Assembly (NCBI RefSeq): GCF_006345805.1 | Contig: NC_042997.1 | Location: 183,148,001-183,212,000 of the forward strand | From: Octopus sinensis | Taxonomy: Eukaryota | Length of the DNA stretch: 64,000 bases | Direction: 5' to 3' | Part shown: one piece after another, positions 38,422 through 51,251 of the stretch | How the letters are laid out: every line of letters starts with the position of its first letter | Position numbering within the stretch: the stretch's first letter is position 1 | Position numbers and translations under genes: made by a program | Notes under the pieces: model-generated | Database searches by the model: none | What the model saw: the letters and a program-made list of their open reading frames with translations, nothing else | What the model was told of the DNA's origin: nothing

Positions 38422-39254
38422 GTAATAAATATTGTATTTGTTTTTGCTTCACCTGTTGTTTAAAGTGTGTGTTTTTTTTTTAAAATTTTATCTTCTTTTT
38501 TTTTTTTTTACTAAAAACATGATCTGAACATTTTTTGTTACTTTGAATTTTGTGCCTTTTAGCAAATATATACTTGGATATTCACAATTACGAAGCAAAC
38601 ATTTCAGGAAGATTTAAGCTGTAAGAAATAATGTTCATAGCTCTAATATGAATTTAAATACCTCTAGTGTCAATAATTATCAGTATATTGTTGTAGACAC
38701 AGTTGAGCTTGTGATTTTTATATATATATTTTTTTTTTTTTTTTCATTTTTTTAAATAATAGTCAGCAGGGGAAGGCAGTGCTCTTTTTTCTAGGGTCTC
38801 TGAAGGACTGGTAGGAGAAAAGGTGGAAGGTACCCTTAGATCTGTGACCTGGCCCCTATGCTAGCAGCCAAGAACATTCATGGGCCATTTATTGGTGTGA
38901 AACCTAGCAGTGGATTAAGTCTACTATTCAAGAGCAGGAATGATCCCTCTGACAGACTCCACATAGTTTCTGTTTACCTATTTTCTTTCTGAAGGCATTG
39001 GTCAATCTAAGGCCTTGATAGTGATGCCATGCAATGGGATTGAACCTGAAACCATGTAATAACTTAATCTTATGACCATGCCTATATATTTTTCTCACCT
39101 ACAATATCATCTTTTTTCTTAATAAATAAATCTCATTCAATTTTAATAAAATAATTTAGAATATTTTATATTTTGTTAAAATGTTTTTGTTGTTATTTTT
39201 TCATGTTAAGGTTTTAGAATGTAATTATTAATTATATGGATTTTTCTCTTTCAG

Positions 39255-39299
39255 GCAATTACAGCAAGACATGTTGCTGTTCAGGTTGATGAAGGAAAG
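39255..39299 (+). CDS. ATF7IP: ATF7IP coding exon 5, 45-nt mini-exon (AITARHVAVQVDEGK)
   Basis: Acceptor tttctctttcag|, donor AAG|gtaaaa, open in phase 0-0. Too short for the ORF track. Confidence 0.72.
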
Positions 39300-39497
39300 G
39301 TAAAATATAATACAGTTTTGCTTTGTTTTTTAACTTGGCCCAGACTGTTGTTAGTACATATATTATCAGCCTATACACTTTAAAACAATTGGTACAATTA
39401 GGGACTACTTGAAAATTGATATGTTGAATTCAAAAGGAAGATCAATGCCGAATAACAAATTAAAGCAATTAAGCTAACAAGGATTCTTGTATCCTGT

Positions 39498-40050
39498 CAT
39501 CATCATCATCATCGTTTAACGTCCGCTTTCCATGCTAGCATGGGTTGGACGATTGACTGAGGGCTGGCAAACCAGTTAGCTGCACTAGACTTCAATCTTG
39601 ATCTGGCAGAGTTTCTACAGCTGGATGCCCTTTCTAATGCCAACCAGTCTGAGAGTGTAGTGGGTGCTTTTATGTGCCACCGGCATGGGGCCAGTCAGGC
39701 GGTACTGGCAACGACCTCACTCGAATCTTTTACACATGCCACCGGCACTGGTGCCAGTAAGGCGATGCTGGTAACAATCATGCTTGAATGGTGTCTTTTA
39801 CGTGCCACCGGCACAGAGGCCAGATAGCCGCTCTGGCAACGATCACGCTTGGATGGTGCTCTTAATACCCTACTAGCACTGGGCTCGAGTGCCAGTAAGG
39901 CGACGCTGGTAACGATCACACTCGAATGGTGCCTTTTAAGTACCACTGGCACAGAAGCCGGTAAGCCGCTCTGTCAATGATCACATTTGTATGGTGCTCT
40001 TTGCACCCTGCTAGCACGGACGCCAGTCATCGATTTTGATTTTGATTTCC
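39498..40050 (-). mobile_element. RTE 3'-UTR element with tandem subunits
   Basis: Reverse complement of the 36465-36823 family; starts with (CAT)n. Confidence 0.85.
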
Positions 40051-41205
40051 TCTTGATATTTTTTATTTATTGACAGCACAGTATCATGAGTTATAATTAT
40101 GTGGTTTGTTAAAACTGACGAGAATATAGAAATATGGTAGCACTGTCATAAATTAGTATAAATAAAAATAATATATCATGAGGACAATTAGCTAACTGGC
40201 TTTTTGAGACTTCTATAGTTTTTAATATATTTAGACCCAAATGCATTACTTCTTTGTTATTTGTGAAAATTATTAGGTCTTCCAAAGAAGTGATTAAGTA
40301 GAGCAACAGACAGGCTAAATAAAACATTGTATTTTAGTTTTGTCTTTTATTCTTCCTGACGTATAAAATAATCATCAGTAAGACTATTGAATACAAATAA
40401 ATTTAGCAGGTAATATTTTTCTAATGAACTTAGAGTATTAATGTTGCTTAGCTGTGTTTTAGTCCTTTCCTCTCCTTTTTATATGCCTTTCAAAATGCCA
40501 ATCGCTTGAATGTTATGGGGAGTAGTTGTTACTTTTATTAGCTGGGTAAATGTTTAAAGTAATCTTGAAGATTTTATTTTGCAGTATTTTTAACTTGATT
40601 TAATATATAATATGGTCTTTAGTTAAAACCTTACACTGCCATTAGTACACCCATTGTAATTTGCTTTCCATTTACAAGGTTAATTATATACGCATACTTT
40701 CATACACTCTATGTGATGTTCACACCAACTGCGAATGTCACATTGTAGGTTATACTATATTGTTTAATTCTTATAAGAGGGTGAATAATAATAATAAAGT
40801 GGCTGCTAAATGTAGATTGAGTGATGTTTAAGTTCAGTTTATTGTATCCATGTGATAGTAGGAAAGTGATATTAGTAGCTATTCTTATAACATTTTCTAC
40901 AAAAGTGAAGAGAATAAAATAGCTGTTTCTGAACCAATCCTTAGTTTTTATGTAATCTAAATAGATTTTTAACTCTAGTGTATTTATGATCATAATCATT
41001 ATCACCACCAATATTATCATGTTTCATAAAAAATTAGTCATTTATACTTTATAATTCTAATATATTTTGGCTATATGATGGTGTCACGTTTTACACCTGT
41101 TGTGATCACGTCATTTAAAAAAAAATATTGCCGTCATCCCAATATCATACTTGTCATGTTTTACACTTATTGTGATCACATTTTTTTTTTTTATCCTTGT
41201 TGCAG

Positions 41206-41487
41206 ACTTCCCAAACTCCCAGTTCAACTAAAACAGTCAAAATAACCACACAAAAGAAATCCATTCAATCACCTTCCTCTTTATCATTTTCATCATCATC
41301 ATCTTCATCACCCTCAGCCCCTGTGGCAGTTTCAGCAAATCTTGGCATATCTGAAAATTCATCCTCTCATTGGTCTCGTGCAATCACCACTCAAGCTACT
41401 ATACAGTCTAATTTGGTAGCTCAGCCTACAGTGACTTCAGGCTTACTGTCCAATAATTCTACTCCCTTAGCAGTCTATAAGAAAAAG
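41206..41487 (+). CDS. ATF7IP: ATF7IP coding exon 6, S/T-rich, symmetric (possible cassette exon)
   Basis: Poly-T tract + gcag| acceptor, 282 nt open, donor AAG|gtgaga. Phase 0-0. Confidence 0.75.
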
Positions 41488-42724
41488 GTGAGAAAATATT
41501 AAACACGGAAGATATTTAGTTGTCTTCTTTCATATTCACAAATAATTCCATTTATGATTTTTTTTTTTTGGTAGTCATGAATTATGAACCCATAAAATTT
41601 GACTAATAATTTTTATACATAATGTTTATACTTTTACAAATGTTTTAAGTTGTTGATAGATAAATTGTAGATTCTTGTAAGGTCTTTCAATATAATTTTT
41701 TTAGGCTTACTAATATTGATAAATTTGTATAATCCTAAACATAATATAGATGCAGATATAGCATATTAATCGTGAATATTTGGATAAATCAATGTAGATG
41801 AAAAAAGTAACCTGAACATATAATTTTACATAATTACTATAATAATTATGAATTATTCAGTTTTTGCCCGTGTTAAAAATTCTTCACTACAATCCCTTTG
41901 GATTTCTAGAGTAGATATATTTCATATTTTGTATAACAATCTTCTAAGAATTAGTTTTGATTGAATTTATATTTCTAAATTTAGCCTTGTATAATAAATC
42001 TAAAAAAATATTTTGTTCCTGAGATAAAATCTCTCAAGGTGTTACAGTTTCTGTATTTATTCATACTGATTTTTGTTTCAACCAAATATGTTTACTTTTT
42101 CTCTTTTACATGTGCTTCTCCTTTGTCATTTCAAACATTTTGATACCATGCATTTTCATATTTGTGTTAGATACCTCATTTAGAACATAATATATTTTCA
42201 TTATCTGGCACCATTTTTGTATTTGGATTGTCAAGTTGTTTGAAATTTGAGACTTCATGACACAAATATAGAAACGTGTATTTTAATTCACATTAGTTAA
42301 TATTTGGGGGCATTTTTACATTCACACAAGACAGATAAAGAGAGTAATGTGATGGTTGAAGTATATTTTTCCCTATTTTCATTTACTCTATATAAATGGC
42401 TCTAATGACATTAAGGTTGAGGCTATCAGTGATCTCTCTATATTATATAGTTTCCAGTAACATCATTTTATGCCAGCATCAGTTCTCCAAGATAAACTTG
42501 CTCTTTTTTCAGTTTTCTATACAAGATTTTTTCATAAGTTACTCAAGTGGGAAAAGACATTGTCATTCTTTTTATATCTGTATGATCAATATAGTTGTTT
42601 TGTTAAAACTTCTGTAGATTCAAACTACTGATATATTTTTAATTTACCAAATTGTTGTGCAATTCATTTATTTTGCTGCTGAGAAACAAAATTTAATGAG
42701 GTAATTTAAATTTGTTATTTCCAG

Positions 42725-43522
42725 ATTCTGCCACCTAATAATAGTAACAATAACAATAATCAGTCAAAGAATGGACAAGTGAGCAGTCAGTTAACTCCAC
42801 CAGTCACCAAATACCAGTCCACAACAGTTAAAAGCTTACTTGATGCGTCACGTAATCCAAACCAAGTGTCTACGCCACAAACTTTGCTTTACCAATCTTC
42901 TGGTCTAATTGTTGTATCTCCTCCAACTGCAACTACAACAGCAGCAAATACTACTACTACAACCCGGAGTATTCTTACTAAACCAGTTACAAGTCAGGCA
43001 CCAACTGGAGGTGTAAAATTAATAGATTTAACAGGGGATGATGAAGCACCATTTAAAAATCAAGCAAATGGAAAGAATGTTGTCCACACAGCTGCCATTG
43101 CACCCATGGGATCTGTGCGGTCAAACATTGTCTCCCAACAAGTTGTTCGTCAGGTAACACCAGTACAACAACCAAAAGTACCTTTTGGTACATCATTTCT
43201 TTTAAGTACACCTGCTGGGACTCAAATCATCAGCCCAACAGTAACACAAGGTGTAGGACCAGCAAAACCTGGTGTATGCCAGTATGTTCTTACATCAACA
43301 CCCAATATCCGGCCGGGTGCATTAGTTACAGTAGTACCTACTACAGGAACACAGAACTCTTCAGTGAGACCACCAATTGTATCAAGTACAGTTGCAAATG
43401 CAGGTTCTTTACCACAGTTACGGCCAGCTCAACAATCCACTACAGCATCCTCAGTTGATCTAACAAAGGCGATACGGCCACCTCCACCACTTCAAAGTGC
43501 CCCAGTGCAACAAAACACACAG
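42725..43522 (+). CDS. ATF7IP: ATF7IP coding exon 7, T/P/Q/V-rich with SUMO-interacting motif VKLIDLTGDDE (43013-43045)
   Basis: Acceptor ttatttccag|, 798 nt open, donor CAG|gtaagc. The motif matches the VIDLTxDDE SIM of MCAF1. Confidence 0.92.
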
Positions 43523-45089
43523 GTAAGCTGAAAAAAAAATCATATTTCTTTCTTGGATTTGATATTTTAAGTGTTCCAGTTGAGCTTAGATAATGTATTT
43601 AGCTTGGTTAATAGCCAGAACCGAATTAGATTTTGTATTTGCATTTAATTTGGGGGAGTATTGAAAATTTTATGTTAAATATTTTCTGGTATGAGTAGGT
43701 TATATGTTGTGAAGTAATTTTTACCTCTACTGGAATACAGTACAGTGTTGTTAATGTCCTGAGTTTATATGTGTATAATACATGCTTCTTGTTTTTCCAG
43801 AAATTTAAACTTAAACATTTTAGTGTGTGCATGATGTGTGAGACCTATTATGTTCTGGACCCTATGTATATTATTATATTTGGGATGACATGACTAAACT
43901 AAGTTAATCTATTATCCAAGCGATTTGATGTGTAACATAGCATTTAAATCATAATAATGTTACATTTTTCTATGATAATGATATTAAATTTTTGTTGTAT
44001 GTCATAAGTATGTCCACATTGGAGATTGTGCCCCTGTCAGTGTCTGAATGAATATAGCAAATGTTTGCTGGTGTTTAGTGATATGAAGTAATCAGAAAGT
44101 AAAATTGACATTTGTAACAATAATTTTTTTTCTTTACTGTGACAAATCTGTGCTGTAAATAGATGCTATCTTGTGTGGTGTTATATCCCACAAAATTAAC
44201 ACTAAAAAATGTTCTGCACTATGGTTAGAAACCTTTTTCATTTTTACCTCATGTAAAACACTATATTTTAGTTTTAAGATTTTGATTTGAAAAAAAAAAC
44301 TTTCACGTGATCCTGAATGTCTGTTGTGCAAAACATTAAAAAAGTTACATAATGAAAATGTCAGAGGAGTTTTAAATTGTGCACATTTTATAGAATACAT
44401 GCTTTATTCTCTTTGTGACAATGTGACTGTGTGCATCACAACACAAACTGAATAGGAAGATTGAGATTGCACTTACTACACCATCATTATGAAAATCAAA
44501 TTCATTTTCTAGAGCAAAAAACAAAACAATCGTGTAGATTGTGCGATTCTATAATATTGATTTTACAGCAAGTGAACTTTTATACAGTGAGAATGCAGAA
44601 ATTATAATAAATCTAAACACTTCTTTTCCTAAACATCATAGTACTAAAGAGAGATTTTTTTTTTTCCTAGGATTTCATTGCCTGTAATTAGTGGTGTGCC
44701 TTGTGATAATATATATATCTTGTAACAAATTTAATGAAAAAACATACTTCTCATTTGACGTAGTGGTTTTTCTTTATGATAATTTTAAAGCCTACAGCAC
44801 AGTGGCTGTGGTTCATGCAGGGCTACTGCTCATGTGCTGGTATAGATCTGAGAATTAAGGCTTCATTCTTTGAAAATAGCACTTAATATCACTACTATAC
44901 TGGCAGTGGTAGTCAATGTTGAATGCCATATAAATCACAATAAGTACATCTTGCCCCTATTGATATGTACTTTGGAAATCCCAGAAAAAGATAGCAATTC
45001 CCATTGTTGAATAATCACTCTTATAATAAATGCTGTTGTCTATATATTTCATATCATGAAGAAAGATAACTCCACTAATATTATAGTTA

Positions 45090-46400
45090 CCAGTTATTTT
45101 CCTTTCTTTTCTGTGTGTGTGGCATTCACTCTTTGGTACCCAGCATCGTCTCTTTCTCTCATTGCTCCTTCATCGTGCGCCTCATTTTCTTTCATTGCCC
45201 TAGACCTCAACACCCATTCTCATCTAGATTTTATGCCTACTTATTTTCTGTATATTGAGCAAGGCTACTTCCATGTTGATACTGGAGACCTGTCTTCTAG
45301 GTTTAGCTTCAGTACCTGGAATTTTCCCTCCAATTCCACTATAGATTCAGCTATGAGAACCAGAATATCAATGTATAGAGATTCACATGGACAGCTGATG
45401 TTAAATCTCTGGTAGCTTCTTTATCTATAATGATTAAAAGATAGCACTGAGGACTGAACTTTGCTGGAGCACTAATTCCATGCTAAATTCATCTCTGAAA
45501 TATTTGTTGACCTTCACTTTCCTTATGACAGCTTTATACATAACTTATACTGCCCTCACAAGCCATTTGTCTACTTCTAGTTTTCTTATTAATCTCCAAA
45601 TTACTGAATGTGGTACTTTCTTCCAGTCAACAAATGCCAGGAATAGTGGTTCCCTCCTAAACAGGTATTTCTCCTTGGGAATGTTGCATAAGCGATGCCT
45701 TTGCTGGGCATGAAGTCTATATCTCATCTAGGTCTTCTCTGCTATGGATTAATTGTGCTATGATTCTTTGTGACCTTTATAACCTGACCCAACGGTTTAT
45801 TTCCTCAATAATTTCCTCTCTGTAAGGCATCTCTTTGGGTATTAACTATCCTGGTGGTTATCATGTATCCTACCTCACCAGGAATTTTGAGCATTTCCAC
45901 AATTATCCCTGATGGTCCAATAGTTTTCCTCCCCTTCATGTCTCTAATCACCTTATCTACCACACTGCTGTCAACTTGAATTGTTGGCCTCTCTGTAGTG
46001 GTCAGCATGAGGTAGCACCTTCTTCCTATGCATTCCTTCCCAATAATGTTTTGGTTCTCTAACACATTATCTTGCAATCCAGAAGACCCCGCATTACTGA
46101 TTCCCATATTGCAGGACAGGTGCAAATCTCTTTCTTCTTCACTCTTAGCCAAGCATACCTGTTGCCTAATTTAATAATGCTTTCTACTTACCATGTTTTT
46201 TCTGGGTTTTCCAAGTTTGTCTTATAGCCATTACAGCCTTATCAACTGTCATTCCATCACCACATCATCTTTGATTTGGCTGGGACTTTGCACCAACCAC
46301 ACATCTGATCTGTAGCCCAAAGCATGTCATTTCATAGATTTCTCTGTTGTTATCTATGCTATAGGTATCTTATTCCTCCCTACAGTCATGTATATATATA
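45090..46400 (-). mobile_element. Degraded RTE ORF2 fragment
   Basis: EKYL..R.PLFLAFVD.KK..VPHSVIW.L.RKL.V.KWLVRAV and V.K.I..MK..K..GPSGI..EMLK...NY motifs. Confidence 0.75.
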
Positions 46401-47899
46401 TCAATCAGAAATTTCCTGTTTACTACGCTCTCATTCTGAAGCCACAAGTCAGTGTTGAGTTGTGCATATTTGTTTAAATAAACCATATATGCCACATGTA
46501 TATCTTCCTTATCCATCAGTGTGGGGCGAGTCCTTTTGTTTATGATTCCTATTTTTAGTGATTGGCCTCTGGTGCTCATTTTCTATTAGAACTTTTTGGC
46601 TGTGCACTTCATTAATTGGTTTCTAATTTTCTTTTGTTATTTTGTTTCTTTGTTTTGTTAGACAGCATTTAAAAAATTTCCACCATTTGATTTGTCACAT
46701 GTTCGATTTCATTTTTATGGTTTTTTTTTATATATATATAAACAAGCTTCTTATGAATACTTATATGTTTTTTACCTTTGGTTTGATGAGCATATTTCCT
46801 GCTTTTCAAAATCACTGTTCTTGTTTATTGTTTTTAAAATATAGTTTCTTAAGATGTTTTATTGAATGGCTCATTTTGTTGTTGTTTGTATCCTATTTTT
46901 GACAAAGGGCTGTTTGATTTTTTTTTACTCTATGGTGACATTTTGTTTTTGTTAGTGGTGTGTGTTTATATGAATGTTAGCTGTTAGGGGTTCAATTCCT
47001 AAATATTTCTATATGGAGCCTGGTGCATCCAGAGGTAGTGGTGGTTTTACGATCTTATTGACATCATTTTGTTTCTACTGCCTGTGCATTGTTGGTTGTC
47101 TACCCAGTTTGCAGTTGAGACCATTTATTGAAGCTGAATTTATTTCAGTATCTACAATGTGATGATCTCATTTCATTTCTTTTGCATAGAAAGTGTATGC
47201 AGTGTGATTATTGTATTTTTCTGTGATGCATCAATGGGGCATGTTATGAAATTTTTATGTAAGGAGTTGTGGAATCTCTTATTTTCTGTTTTGTATTTAT
47301 CTTAAATATCAAAGGTACTTTGACGAGGACATTGCATTTTTTCTGCTATAATTCTAGAATATATTTGAATACATGTGTGTATACACATGTTGTGTTTATA
47401 CTTTTAATTCATCCATTATGGGAACTTCCTTTCAAAGGAAAGAAGATCAGTGAGCAAGTAACAAAAGAAAAGGAAAGAACAGTTGGAAACAAGAAGAGAA
47501 ATTTTGACATTCATTTCTGGCATCCATCTGTCATAGGAAACAATATAGTTTTATACTTCCATGTATAAGCTGCAACACTTGTTGTGACTATGGTCCAATC
47601 CGCTGACCTCTGAAGGTACAAGCCTAATGTATTGAGATTCTGAGTTTCTCAGTTGCCAGGTTTTCTCTCTTAGCTTTGCTGATGTGATCCAATGAAGTCC
47701 AAAGCAGTATATTTGACACCACTTTGACTGTAGGAGTTGCTGGAAGATCATCTAAGAAGCTCCACTCCTGAATTTTTCATAAGGTTTATTTCTTAGTTTT
47801 GTCTTGTGAGACAGTGAAGCTGTTTACCTAATCTGTAATCCTGGACAGAGCCTGTACCAGGTGTTGTTGGCATGAGAGTGCAAGAATCAATCAGGCAAG

Positions 47900-48560
47900 G
47901 TTATCAGATAACAAAGTATCGCTGTCTATTACTCCGAAGAAGAAGAAGAAAAAAAAAAGAAGCAATAATATTCCTGTGCCCCAGGAAGGAAGAACAGATG
48001 CATTATTAAGAAAACAGTTGAGAATGTGTGAAGCTCTGAAATGCCAAAATGAAATAAATTTAACGATAGCAGAGCTTAGGGAATAAACCTCATTAAGATA
48101 TCAAAAATGAAATAGCATATGAAAGAAATTAAAGGAGGGCAGATATGAGAAAAAGACAGCCACAAAGATGTTAACATGAAATTGAAGAAGAATGGAATAT
48201 GAGATCTCTTAATGCACAAGCTACAGAAATATAGGAAGCAAATTCATAATGTAGGAGCAAACATAAATATCTATTTAAAAATAAATATAGTTTTCTATAT
48301 TTTAGATTCATTTTATTATCATTTTCAACACATTTAACTAAGATAAACATTTCATAAATATTTCCCATCATTACAGATGGCATGGGTACACTAGTATAAC
48401 ATAATTGTTTAGTGAACTGTACCTTGAAAATTAAAATGAAAATAATTTTCTTTACTTCATATTTTGCTTCTGGTATTTAATTATATTTAGAGTAATAGTC
48501 TTAGTTTCAAATATTGTTTTGATAAAATCAAATAATTATTTCTGTATATATTTTATATAC
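47900..48560 (+). pseudogene. Decayed tandem copy of the STPR unit (period ~715 bp) with Helitron-like 3' end
   Basis: Aligns by eye to 48620-49275 but contains stops and frameshifts. Hairpin CCATC-attaca-GATGG (48365-48380) then CTAG|T at 48391-48395. Confidence 0.65.
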
Positions 48561-48579
48561 TTCTAATTCAACTGTTGAG

Positions 48580-49005
48580 GAGACGCCTCTTCAAAGGAAA
48601 AGAAGATTAGCAAGGGAACGACAAAGAAGGTGGCGCTCAACCTTATCTCAAGAACAATTAGAAGCAAGAAGAGAAAAAGGTAGAAAAAGATATTCCAGTG
48701 CTTCACAAGAAAGAATTAATGCAATAAGACAGCAAGCAAGAAAGCGTGAAGCTATGAAACGCCAAAATGAAACTGAAGAAGAGGGAAATTTAAGGCGGGC
48801 AAAGCTGAGGAAATGGGCATCACAGAGAATTCGAAAAGAAACTGTGGAAGAAAGAAATTTAAGGAGATCAAAAATGAAAGAAAGACAATCACAAAGAATT
48901 CAACAAGAAACTGAAGAAGAGCGGAATAGAAGAAGATCTCTTAAAGCACAAGCTATGAGAAATAGAAGAAACAGTCAAAGTTGTAATGTAAGAGTAAACC
49001 TGTAA
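48580..49005 (+). CDS. Intronic ORF of 23-aa STPR-type repeats (Helitron-derived?), possible alternative terminal exon
   Basis: Frame open 48526-49005. Repeats ETEEEGNLRRAKLRKWASQRIRK / ETVEERNLRRSKMKERQSQRIQQ / ETEEERNRRRSLKAQAMRNRRNS are each 23 aa. AATAAA at 49025 and 49058. Confidence 0.5.
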   Translation, partial: ETPLQRKRRLARERQRRWRSTLSQEQLEARREKGRKRYSSASQERINAIRQQARKREAMKRQNETEEEGNLRRAKLRKWASQRIRKETVEERNLRRSKMKERQSQRIQQETEEERNRRRSLKAQAMRNRRNSQSCNVRVNL

Positions 49006-50365
49006 ATAATATCTGTATTTAAAAAATAAAAGTAGTGTCCTTTATTTTATCATTTCCAATAAATTTAAAGCAAACATTTGCTGTCAGTTTAGATGGCATA
49101 GGGACACCAGTATAACATTGCTTAGTAAATTGTGTACCTTGGAAGTAAAGATGTAAATGATTATATTCTTCACTTGATATTTTTCTTTTAGCCAATTATT
49201 TATATTTATGGCAATAGTTTTAGTATAAAATATGTTTTGATAAATGAAATAATTATTTCTGTTTAATTTTATATAATGACATTGGGAAATTTCCCCAAAG
49301 TAAGAAGAAAAGTCAGGGAAAAAATTTTTTTTCTTTTCAAAATATACATTTTGAAATGTGATGTTGAGAGATAGCTGAGAGAGTAGAACTTGCAATTGAA
49401 TCCTTTATTGTGATTAGGTTGGCTACTTTACCTTTTGAAGATAACATAATTTTCTCTTTGTTCTTATTGTCTGAATTGGGTGGGCATCAATATATTTAGG
49501 ATATCATAGATTTGGTGAGCAAGAATATAAAACAGATAACTGTTTTTTCCCACCTTTCCCATTTTCATTTGTAATAGAATTTCATTTTATTTATGTTTGG
49601 GGAAAGTGTTTCGATTTTAAAAGAATATATATATATATATATATAAAAGAATGAGCATGCAATTTTGGTTTTGGCCTGTTGACATACTCCTCTTAACTCT
49701 TCACCTAGTTGAAAAAAGCTCTCACTTCGTAATTGATTGATTGTTCAGAAGAATTTAAAATATTTGTTCCAACAATGCATATTTAAATAAGACCTCTCTC
49801 TCCTCCCACCAAAATAAAAACAACCCTGGGTTCTGTATGTAAAGTTTGACATCCCAGAAGCTTTTAATACACTAAACACTTTTTTCTTGAATATGCACTG
49901 CTGAAATTGAAGTATGTTTAATATGTGTGTGTGCATCTTTTATGCCATCAAATATGATATTCATATTTGCAGTACCTTCTAATTCAGTATAGGAAATAAA
50001 TGCAACTGATCAAAACCATATAACTTTCACTTATATTGACAACTGTCTTCCATTTCATATTGTGGTAGATTTGTCAGTGTTGCAAAATTGTTATTTATTT
50101 TTAATGTTTCTCTATTCATTTAAATCTACTAACTCTTAATTGTTGAAGTAAAATGTCTCCCAAAGGGCTGGCACTCTGGACAGGAAGAATTGGGAAAATG
50201 CTTAGTGTTGGACCTGGGAGGGAGGAATGATATGAATGATGAAAATAGGAAACATGAGTGTGATGGATGGGCTTTGGTAGAGGGGGAGCATAATTAGCTT
50301 GATCTGAGAAGCAGAGGTCAAGTTGTGATAGAAAAGTCAGAGGGAAGAGACATAAAAAATTTGGG

Positions 50366-50594
50366 TTAACCCTTTCGTTACCAACCCGGCTGAAACCGGC
50401 TCTGGCTCTGTAGTACAGATGTCTTGTTTTCATAAGTTTTGAATTAAAATCTTCCACCAAACCTTAGTCACAATTTATGTTCCTAACACTAGCTTAACGG
50501 TAACTAAGTTATTTTACTAAATTCTTTGTTATATTTAAAGTAATTGAAAAAAACACAGAGCATCTCAAAATAAATACAGTAACGAAAGGGTTAA
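50366..50594. mobile_element. Intact piggyBac-type MITE (221 bp)
   Basis: TTAA-CCCTTTCGTTAC ... GTAACGAAAGGG-TTAA, perfect 12-bp TIRs with TTAA TSD. Older relatives at 36262-36391 and 50920-51143. Confidence 0.9.
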
Positions 50595-51251
50595 AGGTTG
50601 TTGTATATTGGTGAATGACTCGTTTGGCTTTTGGAAAGGTGCAACACTGTCCCAAATGTAAGATCAGTATTTTATTGTAGGTGTTTCATTTTACAGCAGT
50701 AGCTGTGAAACATGAAAATGACATCAAAACATAAATAATAATATGTTAATACAAATAAAGATAAATTTACATGAATTTTAATTGACATAATTTGCATGGT
50801 CAAATTCTTTGTGTGTGTGTGTTTCTGTTGTCTTGACTGATGTTTTAGTACCTTTGAGAAAGGATATATATACTGGAAATTGCCTGCTCCAGTCACATCA
50901 GATTTTTGTAAAAAAACCTTTTTGTTATCCTATTTCTGTTAACATTCATTGTCTTTATTTCACTTAATTTTGAAATTAATAAAGTATTTATCAAAATAAC
51001 TTTGCCATTATTAAACTGATGTTTGGAAGCATAAATCCACATGAAATTTTGATGTAAAGTTTTAATCTAGACCACTTTGTACAGGAAGTTTGCATCATAG
51101 AAACCAAGGACAGTCTCAGGTGGGTTGGCATCAAAAGGGTTAAATTCAATCAATGTACAATTGAGGTGCATTCAGTATCTTGTTTGCATGAAATATCTAT
51201 TCAAAGCAGTTGTTATGAATGATTAAAATGATGATACTTTTTAACTTTCAG

